DNA of 64,000 bases, taken from positions 10,464,001-10,528,000 of the forward strand of contig CP068257.2 in the NCBI GenBank assembly GCA_009914755.4, in the 5' to 3' direction. A program made the position numbers and the translations under genes. Below are positions 33,561 to 47,458 of this stretch, piece by piece; within the stretch, counting starts at the first letter, position 1, and the number at the start of each line of letters is the position of its first letter. Source of the DNA: the human T2T-CHM13v2.0 reference genome, Homo sapiens. The notes under the pieces were generated by a model, which was not told where the DNA came from, made no database searches, and saw only the letters and a list, made by a program, of their open reading frames with translations.

Positions 33561-35048
33561 AAAAATCCTTTAATTAAAAAGGATTGTATTGCCATACATT
33601 ACAAGTGATTCAACACAGAGCCTGAAAAAAATACCATTTTTATTTGAAATAGTGAAATTCCTAACAACATAGTTACACTCATTTGCACCAAGCTGTGTAT
33701 TTGATCATGGTAAGCATAGACAGACTTATGCATAGAATAATATATTTTAATTATAGACTTCTACTTAATACTATAAATGCCAATACATTTAAAACAACTA
33801 AGCAAAAGGAATAAAGTTGATGAAATGTGTGTGGTGTGTGATGTGAGCAATTTTTCTTTAACCACGCTGTCCATGTTGGATGTGTGGTGTGTGTCTGTAT
33901 CTGTGTTTACTCTGCTTGGGGTTCTCTGTGATTCTGGGATCTGTAGTTCAGTGTCTTTCACAAAATTGGGAACATTCTTAACCATTATTTTTTCAAATAC
34001 TTTCTCTGTATCTATAATTTCTACTTTTCAGAATTAAAGTATACATTTACTACACTTTTGATATTGTTTAGTTTCTTCACTCTTTTCCTTTGCAATTTAC
34101 TTGTTAAATTTCTAGTGACATTTTAAGTGCATGGTTTCATTTAAAAGCTGAGCCAGCTCTAATGAGCAGTGTGCCCAAAGATTGCTCAATGTTTATACTG
34201 CATTGCTTTTGATTTCTCATGCATTTCCATTTGATTACTTCTTAGTATTTTCATCTCTCAGTCCCCTATCTAGTCCTGCATTATGTCCACAGTTTCTTCA
34301 AGAGATTTTTACATATGAATTATAGTTACATTATATATCTTATTTAATTAGTTATAATACCTGTATCTTTTATAAATCCCTTTCTGATTATTTCTTTATT
34401 GTGACTTTGGTATTTCTCATTAATATATGTAATAATCATTGTTGATAACCAGACATGTTGGGTTTGACAGTTGATACTGGCTTATTTCATTTTATCCATT
34501 TTCTGCCTGTATTTGACCACACTTTATCTTTGCCAGGCAATTATTGTGGAAATGTCCGTGAATCTTCTCACAGCTACATTTGACATTTACTTTTGCAGTG
34601 GACATCAGAGTTGAAGTCTGTTCTGTGTCCACCAGAGACTTCAGATGCTCCAGTGATACCTTGTTTTTCTTTCCTGCTTGGCTTTGTCTCATCACCTGTT
34701 CCCTCCTCCAGAGAATCTCTTTCAGCTCCTTCAGGTGGGTTAAAATGTTATATTTAACTGACAATAGTGAAATTGGTTGAAGGCAATAGAATAAAGGGAG
34801 ATTTTGCGACTTTTCCTGGGTCCATATTGTGATCCTGAGTCTGGGTGTGAGCTTTCCAGTGTTTCTGAACTTCCTCCAGATGAGATGTTGGTCTGCGTGT
34901 TCTTGCTCTTTTCCTGGGTAGAGTCCTCTTGTTTTCCCCAGTTGTTCCCTCCCACAGCTCCAGTGTTCTCTTTTGGTGTTATCACCTTCCAGATTTGATG
35001 ACCTGAGGTTCAAATTAAGGCTCTGATTAAATAAGAAGGCAGCAAAGG

Positions 35049-35420
35049 CCGGGCAAAAAGCCGCCGCAACAAAAAGCTGCGCTGACAGGCGGAAAAAGCC
35101 GTGGCGGCGGAGCCAAAAAGCCGGGGCGGCAAAAAGCCACGGTGGCGGGCGCAAACAGCCGCAAAAAGCCGCGGTGGTGGGGGCAAAATCAGTGGGAGCA
35201 GGGGCAAAAAAACACAAAAAGCCGCGGCGGCGGGGGCAAAAAGCCAAAGCGGCGGGGGCAAAAAGCCGCGGCGGGCAAATAACCGCGGCACCGGAGGGGG
35301 GCAAAAAGCCGCAGCAGGCGGCAAAAACCCGTGGCGGGCATAAACCTGAGGCGGCGGGGGAGCAAAAAGCCGCGGCGCCGGGGGGGCAAAAAGCCGCCGC
35401 GACGGAGGGCAAAATAGTGG
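35049..35420 (+). repeat. GC-rich minisatellite array A: about 19 units of a 16-24-bp repeat, consensus AAAAAGCCGCGGCGGCGGGGGC.
   Basis: Direct reading: ...ggcaaaaagccgccgcaacaaaaagctgcgctgacaggcggaaaaagccgtggcggcggagccaaaaagccggggcggcaaaaagccacggtggcgggcgc.... The overlapping 316-aa minus ORF and 80/85-aa plus ORFs (poly A/G/K/P) are repeat artefacts. Confidence 0.8.
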
Positions 35421-38400
35421 AGATGGGGTAGAAGTCCGGCACAGCTTGGCTTTGCTGGAGTGTGATGTGATAGGAAATGTGCAGCCAAAGACAAAAGAAG
35501 ATGTAAGTAGGCTTGACTCATTGCAGCTAAGAACCCAGATGTTACCTTGAGGGTATTAACTAATAAGCAGTTTAAATCAGAATGGCACATTCTGATTTGT
35601 TTTTTGTATGTTCACATTTGGCAGGCATAGATACTGTTTGAAAAGAGAAAAGTCAGTACATAGAGGTAACAAGCTTAAATATGTGCCAAGTCTAGAAACA
35701 AGAGACTAGGGGGATAAGGACCTTTCGAAATAAAATGCAAGATTTGAAAACTGATTGGCTGGGGGATGAGGCAAAGGCAGGTCTTTAAGGTCAATCCCTG
35801 TTTTGCTTTAAGTTGTTAGCGGGTGGTTTTATCATATATTGTAGAATATGTCATTTCAGTTTTGAACATCTTGAGTTAAATTGTCCTAACATATCTTACG
35901 AATTTGATTTTCTTCCCTGGGAAGCTAATATTTCAAAAACTTAAAGAGTATAGATTTCCAACTGGTATCCAATTTATAAAACTATCTCTAGGCTGCTGAT
36001 TTCAGGAGGAGGCTCATGAATATTCTCTTTGCAGAGAATATATCAGGAGTTAACATCAGCTTCAATATTTGTGGACGACCAGTTAACTAAGCCACCTCTT
36101 AGTGTATTTAGATGGGAAATCTTAGCTGAAGATATTCAATAATGAACCAACAGTGACTAAAAAATTCAATATTGAAGTATATTTCCTTGTAATTAATTTG
36201 AATTGAAGTAGCCATATACAGCTAGTATTTACTACATTGAACAATGCAAATACGAGGAAAAAATTAATAACCATCTCTAATACCACATGCCAAAATCCTC
36301 ATCAATTTGTTCTAGCTAAAGGAGTTTATCAGAAGCAGCAGTTGAAAGCACCAACTAAACCAGCTGGGGTTAGTTCACTGTCATTCTCTCAGAACCATCT
36401 CTTCTCTGAACAAAACAAGTACAAGAGTTCATCGTGAATCTGCATTCTCCTTGCCTATTTTAAGGTTTTGATGTTGACACTAATTTGTGAAATCCCTCCT
36501 GTGGTGTGATATTTCGTTTTCCTTGCTTTCTGTTAGGACAAGAATGCTTCAGCTCTTAATTTAAAATTATGTTTCTCCCTCCTAGGTTGAGTGAACTTAG
36601 AATGCATTCTCTGACATATCCAAGTTTTTGTTCATATGAATTTGGGGAAAAAAGCATACTTAATTAGCTAAGACTTCTTATTCTAGGCTTGACCCTGTGT
36701 TCAACATCTATTGAATTTGTAGTTGCATGGGCTGCTCTCTGACACTGCTTAGTGACCTGGAAGCTATATTAACGTTAGGGGAGGTGGTGTATGAGCATTA
36801 GAGGTATCATTGCAAGGAAAGACTTGTCTTATCTCAATTTGTCTTTTTTTTGCACACAAGAAAGTCAGTGTTTGAGTCTTCTAAAATCTTCCTATTTCCA
36901 AGTTGCAGAGTACCACTGATTCCTAAACAAAGTTCTAATTTTTGACTCAGAGACGTGGCAAGGTAGTGAATCACCATTATAATTTAACAATCTTCAAGAT
37001 AAAATTATCTCTCTGATATTTAGATTTTGCCCAATTATTAAGATATTTGGGTGTTTCGTTAAGAATGGAAGACTCTAGTCTCTTCAGCAGAGACTACAAA
37101 GGCCTCAGATGATCATTTATAATTTTATGCTCTTTTCTTTAACACCTTCAACACAGTTGGAAGCAGCCAGAGTTGTTGTGTTTTTGAAACCAAATGCATG
37201 GTTCAGTGGTAGAAAACTGGGCTGATCCAAGCTGTTTTCAGTGAACACTTCATTTCAGGTGACCTATTTCATATTAAATAATCTCTAGATCCTGTCTTCG
37301 AAACTAACTAGATCAGATAACCTACCCTGGATTTTCTCCTTTTAGGGTCTGTGAGCTGCAGTCACTTTTGTGAAAATGATTGCAATGACAAGATAGAGTT
37401 GTAGATGGAGAAAATGTTTTGACTAATTTACGCATAGTGGTATTTCATATGAGAATTTAAGTTACACACATTTGAAAATTATAATGGAGTCTCTTGGCTG
37501 AGCTTTAAAAAAAAATAGCATTTAGGCTAAAAAGGGAATTGTTCCTCTCCTAAAATCAGAAAGATGTTACAGTAATTCTCCATTCTCTAGAATTATCAGG
37601 AAGCACCTTTGTGATGATTTACTTCTGTTCTTGGGAGTGTGAGCCCGTGTAGTCTTGGAACCATCAATTAGAATGATGGCTTTCTGATCCCAAAGTCATT
37701 CGTTCTGAAAACAATATTTTTCATAAATTTGAAAATGAGAAGTTTTGATCTTGCCATTCCCAAGTAACTCTCTTAATAAGAGGCATCAGCATGCTTCAGT
37801 GACAGCTGTCACCTTCCAGTGCTGAGAGTCATATTTGAGTTCTCCATTTCACTCCCTACACTCCAATTTAGCTGCAGTTCTCTTGGCCAGTCCTATGAAA
37901 TACATCCATGGCCTAACGACTTCTCACCACTAATACCACTCATCCTCACAGCATTCTCACCTAAGTCACTACCTGTTTTCTCTGGATTACGGTAGCCTCC
38001 CAATTTATTTGCTCACATAACCTATTTATTCTACACAGTGCACCAGATACACCCCTTTGAAATGCAAACACAATCATGTTATTCTCTGGTGAAATTATCT
38101 CATATATTCCTATCGCATTTAAAATTAATTCAGAATCATCCCATGATTATCAAAACCCTACATGCTCTTCCACAGCATGGTTTACTTCCAAGATATCTCT
38201 TCAACTTTTTTTTCACTGTAGTGAATTGGTGACTAATAGTCATATTTTTGTTTTTGCTCAAAAAGTCTTGAATTGTAAATTTTTCAGATTCTCCTTTATC
38301 CACAGGTAACTCTTTCCTCATAAGGCGAATTGCTTGCTTCCTTGAGTTCTGCTCTCAAAGATACCCTTCATTTTCTACCTAATATTAATAACTTTAATCA

Positions 38401-38914
38401 TTCATTATTCCATTACTATGCTCTACAGTGTATACAATTTCTGTTGTTTGTCATGTTATTAACTAAATTATTTGTTCCAGTAAAGTATTCCATAAATATT
38501 GTACACATAAAAATTATGTTATTTTTATTGCTGTATGCTCAGCTGCCCAATAACAGTCTGAGGATTAACATATTTGTTAAATGCACAAATACATTCTTTC
38601 ACAAATATTAGTTTAATAATTTTATATTAAACTCCCTCTATATTTACAATATGAATTAGATAATTCAGAATAAACATTCCAGTGAAAAAAACTAAACAAT
38701 TTGTTATAAAACATCCTTAAAAGCATCAGAAAGTTAATAGAGCAATGAAGAATTACAGGACCAAATTAAGAATGGTATGGAAGCCTGTTTGTGAGGCTTA
38801 TGTTTGGGGTTATCTCTTTACTTAGAGTGACTGTAAATCTCGAAAGAGGATTAAAGGGAGAAATAACCATATCAACTCACATGGTAAGGGTATTTAAACA
38901 TCTCTTAGTAATTG

Positions 38915-39065
38915 AGAAAATTGAAAGAAAAGAAAAAAGAGAAAGGGAGAAAGAGAAACAGAGTGAAAGGGATAATGAAGGAGAGAAAGAAGAAGAGAAA
39001 GGAAGAGGAAGAAAAGTAAAAAGGAGGAGGAGGGAGAGGGAGGAAGAAAGGTGGAAAGAAAGAAT
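38915..39065 (+). repeat. Purine-rich (GA/GAA/GGA) low-complexity tract.
   Basis: Sequence aaagaaaagaaaaaagagaaagggagaaagagaaacagag...ggaggaggagggagagggaggaagaaagg. The KEKREREKE ORF over it is an artefact. Confidence 0.7.
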
Positions 39066-41904
39066 GCTAAAGTTTTCAACAACATAATTTATCCTTCTAG
39101 AATATGAATGTTGGTCTATTTGATGATGTCCCACAGATTCCTTAGTCTCTGCTCATTTTTTATCTGTTTCTCAGAGTATTTTCCATTTTCTTATCTTCAA
39201 GCTCATGACTTCTTCTGTGTGTGCAAATATACTCTTAAATCCCTCTGGTGATTTTTAAATTTTTATTGTTGTAGTTTTCCACTCCAGAATTTCTTCTATC
39301 TCTGTTGATATTCCTACTTTTTAATATTTTTTCTGATTCCTTGATTTCTTTGTTTGTGTTTTCCTTTTAACATTTGAGTATAATTAAGAGAGCTGTTTTA
39401 AAGTCTTTGTCTAGTAAGTTTGAAGTCTGGGTTTCCTTAGAGATATTTTCTGTCAGTTTGTTTTGTTCCTTTGAATGAGTCACACTTTCCCATTCTTTGT
39501 ATGCCTTGTAACTTTTTTTGAAAACTGGACATTATAATAATTATAATTACCATGTGGTTACTCTGTAAATCAGACCCCCATCCCCACTACAAACACAGTA
39601 ATGTTTTGTGGTTTTAAATCTTCTTTACTTATTATATTGTTAAGGATTTTTTTTTAGTGAAATTTTCCAAAGTGATTTACAAAACTGTTTGCTTTATAAG
39701 GTGTGGTCACCGAAGTCTTTTTGTTTCCTTAACAAATGTTAAGCTAATGTTTTGACAGTGATTTTCTTGTATGTCAGGAACTAAGCAAACCGGCAAATAC
39801 AACAAAAACAAAAAGAAAAACAAGTAATCATTGTCCAGCAAAATATGTCTCTAGGCCATGCAGACTGGCTTTGTACTCGGTTCTTTAAAGCCGGCACAAA
39901 GTGTGTGTTCACTCTTGCACTGAGTGAAGTTCAAGTTCACTCTTGCACAGAGCTTGCACTGAGGGGAGGGATCGGCCAAGGTAAAAGTGTAGGGTCTTCT
40001 TATGACATTTGTCAGCATGTGGCTTAACCTATGCATACATGTGACTTTCTAGACCCTCCCATGTACGTGAATGATTTTGAATGTCTTAGTTTTCCAAATA
40101 CTCTTCTCCAACTTTTCTTCCTGTGCTCAAGGTGATCTACTATATGTGTAAACTCTAATTTTTGCCCTAAGCATCTGTGGCTTGTTAGGTCTCCTTGCAG
40201 AGTTTCTTGATAATGTCCATTCCTTATCTGTTCTGTATTCTAGCAACACAGAAAAAAAAAAGTCTTTCATGAGTCCTTTAGGTATCCCCCAGACCAGTCA
40301 GAACAGACACATAGTAATTTGAGGGTAAGATCTTCTCTTGTTCCTTTGGACCATGGACTAGGGTTCCTCACTGGGAACGTGGGCTTCTGATACTTCAAAA
40401 CTGCCAATTTGATGCTGCAAAGGCAAGTTAAAAATGTCATAAAGTTTTCCAGTTGTCTTTCTCTTGAGTCTGCTTTCACTTGGTTGTTGTAATCTTTTGA
40501 CCATTTTCCAGAGTTTTGGCAAAGTTTATTCGGACAGTTTCTCTTAGTTGTGTGATGTTTCTGTGGGGAAATGACAGATTGCAGCTGTCTCCACTGCCAT
40601 TTTGCTGATGCTCCTCTTTTGTCAATTTTTGCTTCATGTTATTGTGCTTTGTTATTAGTTCATGTATTAGTTTCCTAGGGCTGCCATAACCAACTAACAC
40701 AAACTGGGTGCCTTGAACAACATACATTTATAGTCTTATAGTCCTGGAAGCTAAAAGTCTGAGATTGAGGTGTCAGCAGGGATGGTCCCTTCAAGGGCTA
40801 TGAGAGAAAGTCTCTTCTGTGCCTTGTTTCTCGCTTCTGGTGGTTTAGTGGCAGTCTTTGGCCTTCCTTGGCTATTCTCTGCCCTCATAATCACATGGTA
40901 CTCTCCCTATGTGTATGTCTCCCTCTACTCAAATTTTTTCTTTTTATAAGGACATCAGTCATATTGAATTCAGGCTCATCTGATTTTATCTTAACTTAAT
41001 CACCTGCAAAGAACCTATTTTCTAATGAGGTCATATTCAGTGGTTAAGATTTCAGCATCTATATAGAGGAAACAATTTAGCTCATATCTGTGCATACATG
41101 ACTGTAATAGCTATGACCAAAAAGCGGGAAAAGCTATGACCAAAAGCGTTGACCTCCTTATTACTACAATATAAATGTTTAAAATCCTATTCACATTTTT
41201 AATAGTCTATATCGTGTGTTATGAGTATAATGAGTTCAGTGTTCTTATGATTGCTCTTTGCATGATATTTTTTGTCATCTTTGTACTTTCAATCCATTGG
41301 TATCCTTGCATCTCCGGGTATATTGGGATCACTTGTTTTAATCCAGTCTGACAATCTCTGCCTCTTGAAGGGATTTTAATCTGCTCACATTTAATATTAT
41401 AATTGGTATAATTCTATTTATGTCTGCCATTTTACTGTTTGTTTTGTATATTTCTCAAATATTTTTCTTTATTCCTTTATTTTGCAATGAATGAATATTT
41501 TCTAAAATAGGGAACTCTAGATTACTAATGAATTATTTTACTATATATTTTTGAGAATTTTTGTTGTTGTTGTAAGTTTACCATATAGGTATATGGAAAA
41601 TTATTTATTCAAATCATCTTCCAATTTATACTAGTAAACTTTTAGTAATACATAGAAACATCATTCTTATACAAATCTCTTTTATTTCCTCCATTTTAAA
41701 GTATTATCACTTTACACGTTACATCTATTAAAGTTACAAAGCCAACAATATATTTTAGTAATTATTGCTTTACCATCTAGAGTGATTACCTTATCACAAT
41801 ACATTTTTCTTCCAACTACCTCCTTGTTGATGTTACTGGAAAATATGTTATAGACGTATTACATTTCTACATGTCAAATACTCAGCAATACATTATGCAC
41901 ATAT

Positions 41905-42197
41905 TATTATTATCATTGAGACGGAGTCTCCCTCTGTCACCCAGGCTGGAGTGCAGTGGCACAATCTCCGCTCACTGCAAGCTCCATCTCCCGGCTTCAT
42001 GCATTCTTCAGCTTCAGCCTCCCGAGTAGCTGGGACTACAGGCGCCTGCCATCACGCCTGGCTAATTTTTTGTATTTTTAGTAGAGACGGGGTTTCACTG
42101 TGTTAGCCAGGATGGTCTCTATCTCCTGGCCTCATAATACGCCCGCCTCGGCCTCCCGAAATGTTGAGTTTACAGGCGTGAGCCATAGTGCCCGGCC
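41905..42197 (-). mobile_element. Alu SINE (AluY/Sx-like), minus orientation.
   Basis: GAGACGGAGTCTCCCTCTGTCACCCAGGCTGGAGTGCAGTGGCACAATCTCCGCTCACTGCAAGCTCC...GGCGTGAGCCATAGTGCCCGGCC. Confidence 0.85.
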
Positions 42198-45082
42198 GTT
42201 ATATGCATATTATTTTATAAACAATTTATGATAAAGAGAAAATATGCATTTCTACTGTTTTTATAATGTTAATATTACCTATACCAGTGCTTTTTTAAAA
42301 ATGTGGATTCAAATGACTGGCTTGTGTAACTTGCTTTTAGCCTTAGGAATTTATTTTAGTGTTTTGTTTTGTTTTTTTTTTGTTTTTTTTTTGTATGGTA
42401 GGTCTGCCAGCAACAACTTCAGTTAATATTTTGGTTTATCTGTGTAAGTCTTTCTGTTATCTTCATTTTTGAAAAATAATTGCTCAATAAGGAATTGGTG
42501 GCTGACAGTTTTTTTCTTTGCATCTTTTGAATATATTATTCTACTGCCTCTTGCCTTCCATTGTTTCTGTTAAGTCAGCTGTTAATCTTAGAAAACCTAG
42601 GTGCTCAAAAAATAAACATATGCATGAATATTTATAGCAGTAATATTCTTACAGTCAAAAAGTGGAAACAATCCATATGCTTGTTGACTCATAAATGGAC
42701 ACCCAATTTCCAGCTATAACAAAGAATGAAGTACTTATACATGGTATAATATGGGTGAAATTTGAAAGCATTACGTTAAGTGCACAAAAGGATAAATATT
42801 ACTTGATTTTATTCACATGAAACATCAGGAATTGGCAAATCAACTGGGATATAAATCAGATTAGTGGTCATTAGGGCTCAGGGAAGCAGAATAGGGTGTA
42901 ACAACTTCATGCATAATTGGGTTTTTAGAAGGGACATGATGAAATTGTCCTGGAACATTGTGAATATACTAAAAGCAACTGCGTTGTATGCTTTAAAATT
43001 CTTAAGTTATTAATTTTATATTATGTGATTTTTACCTTAAAAAAATAGAAAATAGCCTTACTCTATATACAATAAACTCAAGATGTGTTACAAATTTATA
43101 TGTGAAATCCAAAATACTATAATAGTTAAGGAATAGCTGAGTAGAATAACACTAAAATTTAACATAATGAAATATTTCCTTAAAGAAGAAAAAAGCACAG
43201 TAATTAAAAAGGGAAATATAGTTAATATTTTTTCTCTCTATTAAGCATGCCATTAACTGAGTAAAAAATCAAGCTGCAATTATGTAAACTACATTTTCTA
43301 AAACCATAAAGAAAATAAGGAATGAAAAGGGATTTGGGAAAAAAATCCAAAGGTACAGTCAACTACACAAAAAAAGCTTAGTCTCATTAATCATTATGAA
43401 AACGCAAATTGTAACTGAAAGAAGATAAAACTACAATTCAAAGAGAAAGCCTAAAATTTCAACCCCCCAAAAAGTCTGGGTTTTGGAGATCTGGGATGGA
43501 ATAGGTTTCCTAACCTGACAACAATGAAAGAACCAAACTAACTTCAAAGTCATGACTTTATTTTTATAGCAACCAGGTTGCCAAGAACTGAGTCAAAATG
43601 TGAGGGAAAACAAGCACCTGCAAGGAGAAAGAGGACAGATGCACTTACATAGGACAGATGCAAATAGACACCATTATGACAAGTAAAGCTGGAATAATCA
43701 ATAAATTCCTAAAGACAAAGTGGGGCTGGTGAGATTGGGAGAACGCTGACAGCTGCAGAAGTTGGGAAAGATCCATCATCTTGAAAACTTTTTCCCCACA
43801 AACCCACTGCGATCTCTCAAGCAATTGGTGAGGAATCCAAGAGAGTCTGTATATGACACAGATCAGGGAGAGCAGAACACTTGGGAGGTGACCAGGTCTT
43901 GGGGGCCGAGCCCTTATGAATGGGATTAGTGCCTTTATAAAAGAAGCTCAATGGAGTTATTGTGTGCCTTCCACTGTGTGAGCACATAGAAAGAAGGCAC
44001 CATCTATGAACCATGAAATGGGCTCTCATCAACACTGAATTTGTGAGCATCTTGACCTGAGATCTTACAGCCTCAAGAAGTGTGAAAAGAGAAATATCTG
44101 TTGTTTTTTAGTCACCCAGTATATGTTATTTTGTTATAAGAGTCCAAATAGACCAAGATATTCCACTTAATATGCAGGGGAAGGCAACAAAAACTGCCAC
44201 ACTTAGAATACTCCTGATGCTGGGAGTATGAAAACAGGAAAAACAAAACAAAACTGCTCTTGAAGGTGAAGGAGGAATATCACTGAGCTCACTAACACAG
44301 CCAGGAAAAGAACAGAAGTGTGAGAAGGCTACATTCCTGAGACCCTGAGAAAAAGTACCTGCATGAGACTGAGATGAAATTACCTACTCTAGTTATGACT
44401 GAAATCCCAAAAAGAAAAGAGGGAAAAATAATGGAGCAAAAGAAATATTTTTCAAAATAACTGCCAAAAATATTCTAAAAGAAGTGACAGAAAATGGAAC
44501 TTCAGATATAGGAGACTCAGAGAATGTCAAATAGAACAAAAATAAATAAGAATTAAATCTTGAAAAATCTTTTAAAAATCAACTCTAAATTTTATATCTT
44601 GCTCCAAATATATAGAGATATAAATAGGTTATCATCAAGATATGGAGAAAGCCATATCATGGAAACAATAAAATAAAGCTGTTGAAGGACTACATAGATA
44701 TTAGACACAACAGAGTTCAGAACAAGAAATAGTATCAGAGATGAGAGGTAATAGATAATATAATAATCAATTCTCAAGAAGATGTAAGCATCCTCCTAAT
44801 TAGGTTATGCAGCTAACAACAGAACCTCCAAATACATGAGGTAAAACATGAAAGAAATCAAAGGTGAACTAGAAAAATCCAAAATTATATTTGCAGACTT
44901 CAACACTTTTGTCTTAGTAATGGATAGACTAGGCACAAACTCAGTAGTCATATGGAAGATAAGAACAACAATATCACCAACAAGACATCCAATCTGCAAT
45001 GGCAGATACTCTTTCTTTTCAAGTGAAAAAAAAAACATTATGGCATATTCTCTAACAAACCCAGAATTTCTAATATTTGCGA

Positions 45083-45628
45083 TCTTCCTCCCTTCTTTCT
45101 ATCTTTCCATCTTCCTCTCTCTTCTCTTCCGTTCCCTTGCCTTCTTCCTTCCTTTCTTCTTTTCCTCTTTCTTTTCTTTTTTCTTTTCCTTTCTTTTCTT
45201 TCTTTTCTCCTTCCTTCCTTCTTTTTCTTTCTTTCCCCTTATTCTTCCTTCCCTCCCCCCTCCCTTCCTTTCTCCCTTTTCTTCCTTCTTTTCTCTTATT
45301 CTTTCTCACTTTGTTGCTTTCTTTCCTTTTTTCTCCCTTCCTCCCTCCTTTTCTTCCTTCCTCCCTCCCTTCCTTTCCTCCTTTTTCCTTCCTTCTCTTT
45401 ATTTTCTTCGTGTCTTTGCCTTCCTCCCTTTTACCATTCTCTCTTCCTCCTTTCCTTCTTCTTTCTCACTTTCTTTCTCTCTTTCTTGAGTTCTTGCTTT
45501 TTTCTCCCTTCCTGCCTTTCTCCCTTCCTCCCTCCCTCCCTTCTCTCATTTCCTCCTTCTTTTCTTTCTTCTTTCTTTCCTTCCTTCCTTCTTTCCTTCC
45601 TTCTTTTTTCTTTCTTTTCTCTTTCCTA
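45083..45628 (+). repeat. Long polypyrimidine (CT-rich) tract of about 546 bp, with (TTCC)n, (CTTT)n and (TCCC)n motifs, immediately upstream of minisatellite array B.
   Basis: Sequence cttcctcccttctttctatctttccatcttcctctctcttctcttccgttccc...ttccttccttccttctttccttccttc. The 189-aa and 213-aa S/F/L/P-rich ORFs and the KEGRKE minus ORF are artefacts. Confidence 0.8.
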
Positions 45629-45843
45629 CAATTCATATTATTTTAAAACAATTAAGAGAGGGAGGCAGAAAAATAAAGAGCACTTTAATCTGCAGGTAAA
45701 TAGATTATGTCTGCTGTAGACAACATAATAGCCTCCCAAAAATGTTCATGTCCTAATTCCCAGAGTTACAATTCCCTAACATACAAATATGTTAGGTTGC
45801 ATGGCAGTGGGAAATTAGATTTCAAGTGAAATTAAGGTTGTTA

Positions 45844-46073
45844 AGGCGGCGGGGGCAAAAAGGCGCAGCAGCAAAAATCCGCGGCGGCGGGGGGCAAAAA
45901 GCCATGGCGGGCATAAACCCGCGGCGGCAGGGGGGCAAATATCCGCGGGGGGCAAAAAGCCACGGCGCCGGGGTGGGGCAAAAAGCCGGGGCGGGGAACA
46001 ACCCATGGTGGCGAGGGGAGGGGGACAAAAACCCGGGGTGGGCAAAAAGCGGCGGCGGCAAAAAGCTGCAGCC
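45844..46073 (+). repeat. GC-rich minisatellite array B: about 12 units of the same AAAAAGCCGCGGCGG family as array A, in the same orientation.
   Basis: Sequence ggcggcgggggcaaaaaggcgcagcagcaaaaatccgcggcggcggggggcaaaaagccatggcgggcataaacccgcggcggcaggggggcaaatatccgcggggggcaaaaagccacggcgccggggtggggcaaaaagccggggcgggg.... The 5' flank (tagatttcaagtgaaattaaggttgttaagg) is homologous to the flank of array A (cagatttgatgacctgaggttcaaattaaggctctgattaa). Confidence 0.8.
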
Positions 46074-47101
46074 CAGGAAACATCACTTACTGTCCCTGCT
46101 AGTGTTGGGAAAGAAAGGAGGACACTCTTTAGAAACGTCTTTTACAATGAGACTGATAGTGGACTGTGTCTTAGAGCCATGAAAGGAAAGGAGAAGTTGT
46201 AGGATTTCCTGGGAATGTCAGCTAACCTGAGCCTAGGGGCCTGAGCCCAAGGGCAGACTGAGGCTCCCCCAGCACAGGGAGGTGCTGCCTGTGACAAGGG
46301 GTAGTGCTGGCACAGTGCAGGCTACTCCCTAGAAAGATCAGCTTGAATATGCAGGAAGAGCAGGACCCTCGGGCTGAGGCAGAGGTGGAATGGGAAGTGC
46401 ATGGTGGTAATTTAGTTCTCCAGAGGCCAGAAGTAGGAGGAGCGGTTGGAATGCTGATGGCCCAAAGGGAAACCCTGGACTACCCTGGCCTCCCACAGGA
46501 CTCTCATAGTAATTGCGGCTCCCTGCAGTGGTGAGGCCAGAAGGAGTGTTGCCCAATGCTGTCATCATCCAGTCCACCCCCCACCCACCATCAACAGATG
46601 AGCATGGTCATGAGTGTGGTCACCTCATCAGTCATTTGCTCAGTTGTGAAAAAGAAATTGTTCAGAGAAGAGCAAAGTGTTTTTCCATGAGCCAAAGGTC
46701 AGCCAAGTTATGCTAATGAGGAGGACTGGAGACAGCGTGTCACAGACACCGAGAAGGAGCACTGGGCAAGGGCACTTCTCCCAGGGCAGAGCCCACAAGG
46801 AGCGTCCTGGCACCAGACACTCAGGGAACTGAAGGCTGGCAGGGGCCCGCCCAGTAGTCTCTTGCCCACTGCGTGCCTTTAGGCTACAGCCTCCCAGGCC
46901 CCGTGCCCCCTCCCCTCCCCCCCATGCCACTCTGGGGAGAATGCTGACCCTGAGGGTGGTGCAACCATCTGCCTGCCCCTGGCCACCACCTCTCACCAGC
47001 ATGTGAATGCTCTTGGGCTCAGTTCTGTATCTGCAGTAGGAGGGTGTTTAGCCACATGAGAGAGTCTCACCTTTTGACATTCTATGTCTTTCAGTCTGTC
47101 A

Positions 47102-47458
<357 letters not shown>

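Noticed and set aside
34492-35590. A 316-aa minus-strand ORF and A/G/K/P-rich plus-strand ORFs over 35.0-35.4 kb. A similar set overlies 45.8-46.2 kb.
   Set aside because: These are artefacts of reading through the GC-rich 22-bp minisatellite and are low-complexity poly-Ala/Pro/Gly peptides.
44848-45719. 189-aa and 213-aa Ser/Phe/Leu/Pro-rich ORFs and a KEGRKE-rich minus ORF. A KEKREREKE ORF also lies at 38791-39087.
   Set aside because: These are translations of the polypyrimidine CT tract and the GA tract and are low-complexity artefacts.
35049-46073. Possibility that the two tandem-repeat arrays are CRISPR-like arrays.
   Set aside because: This is human DNA. The units are contiguous with no unique spacers and are GC-rich degenerate copies. 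They are minisatellites, not CRISPR.
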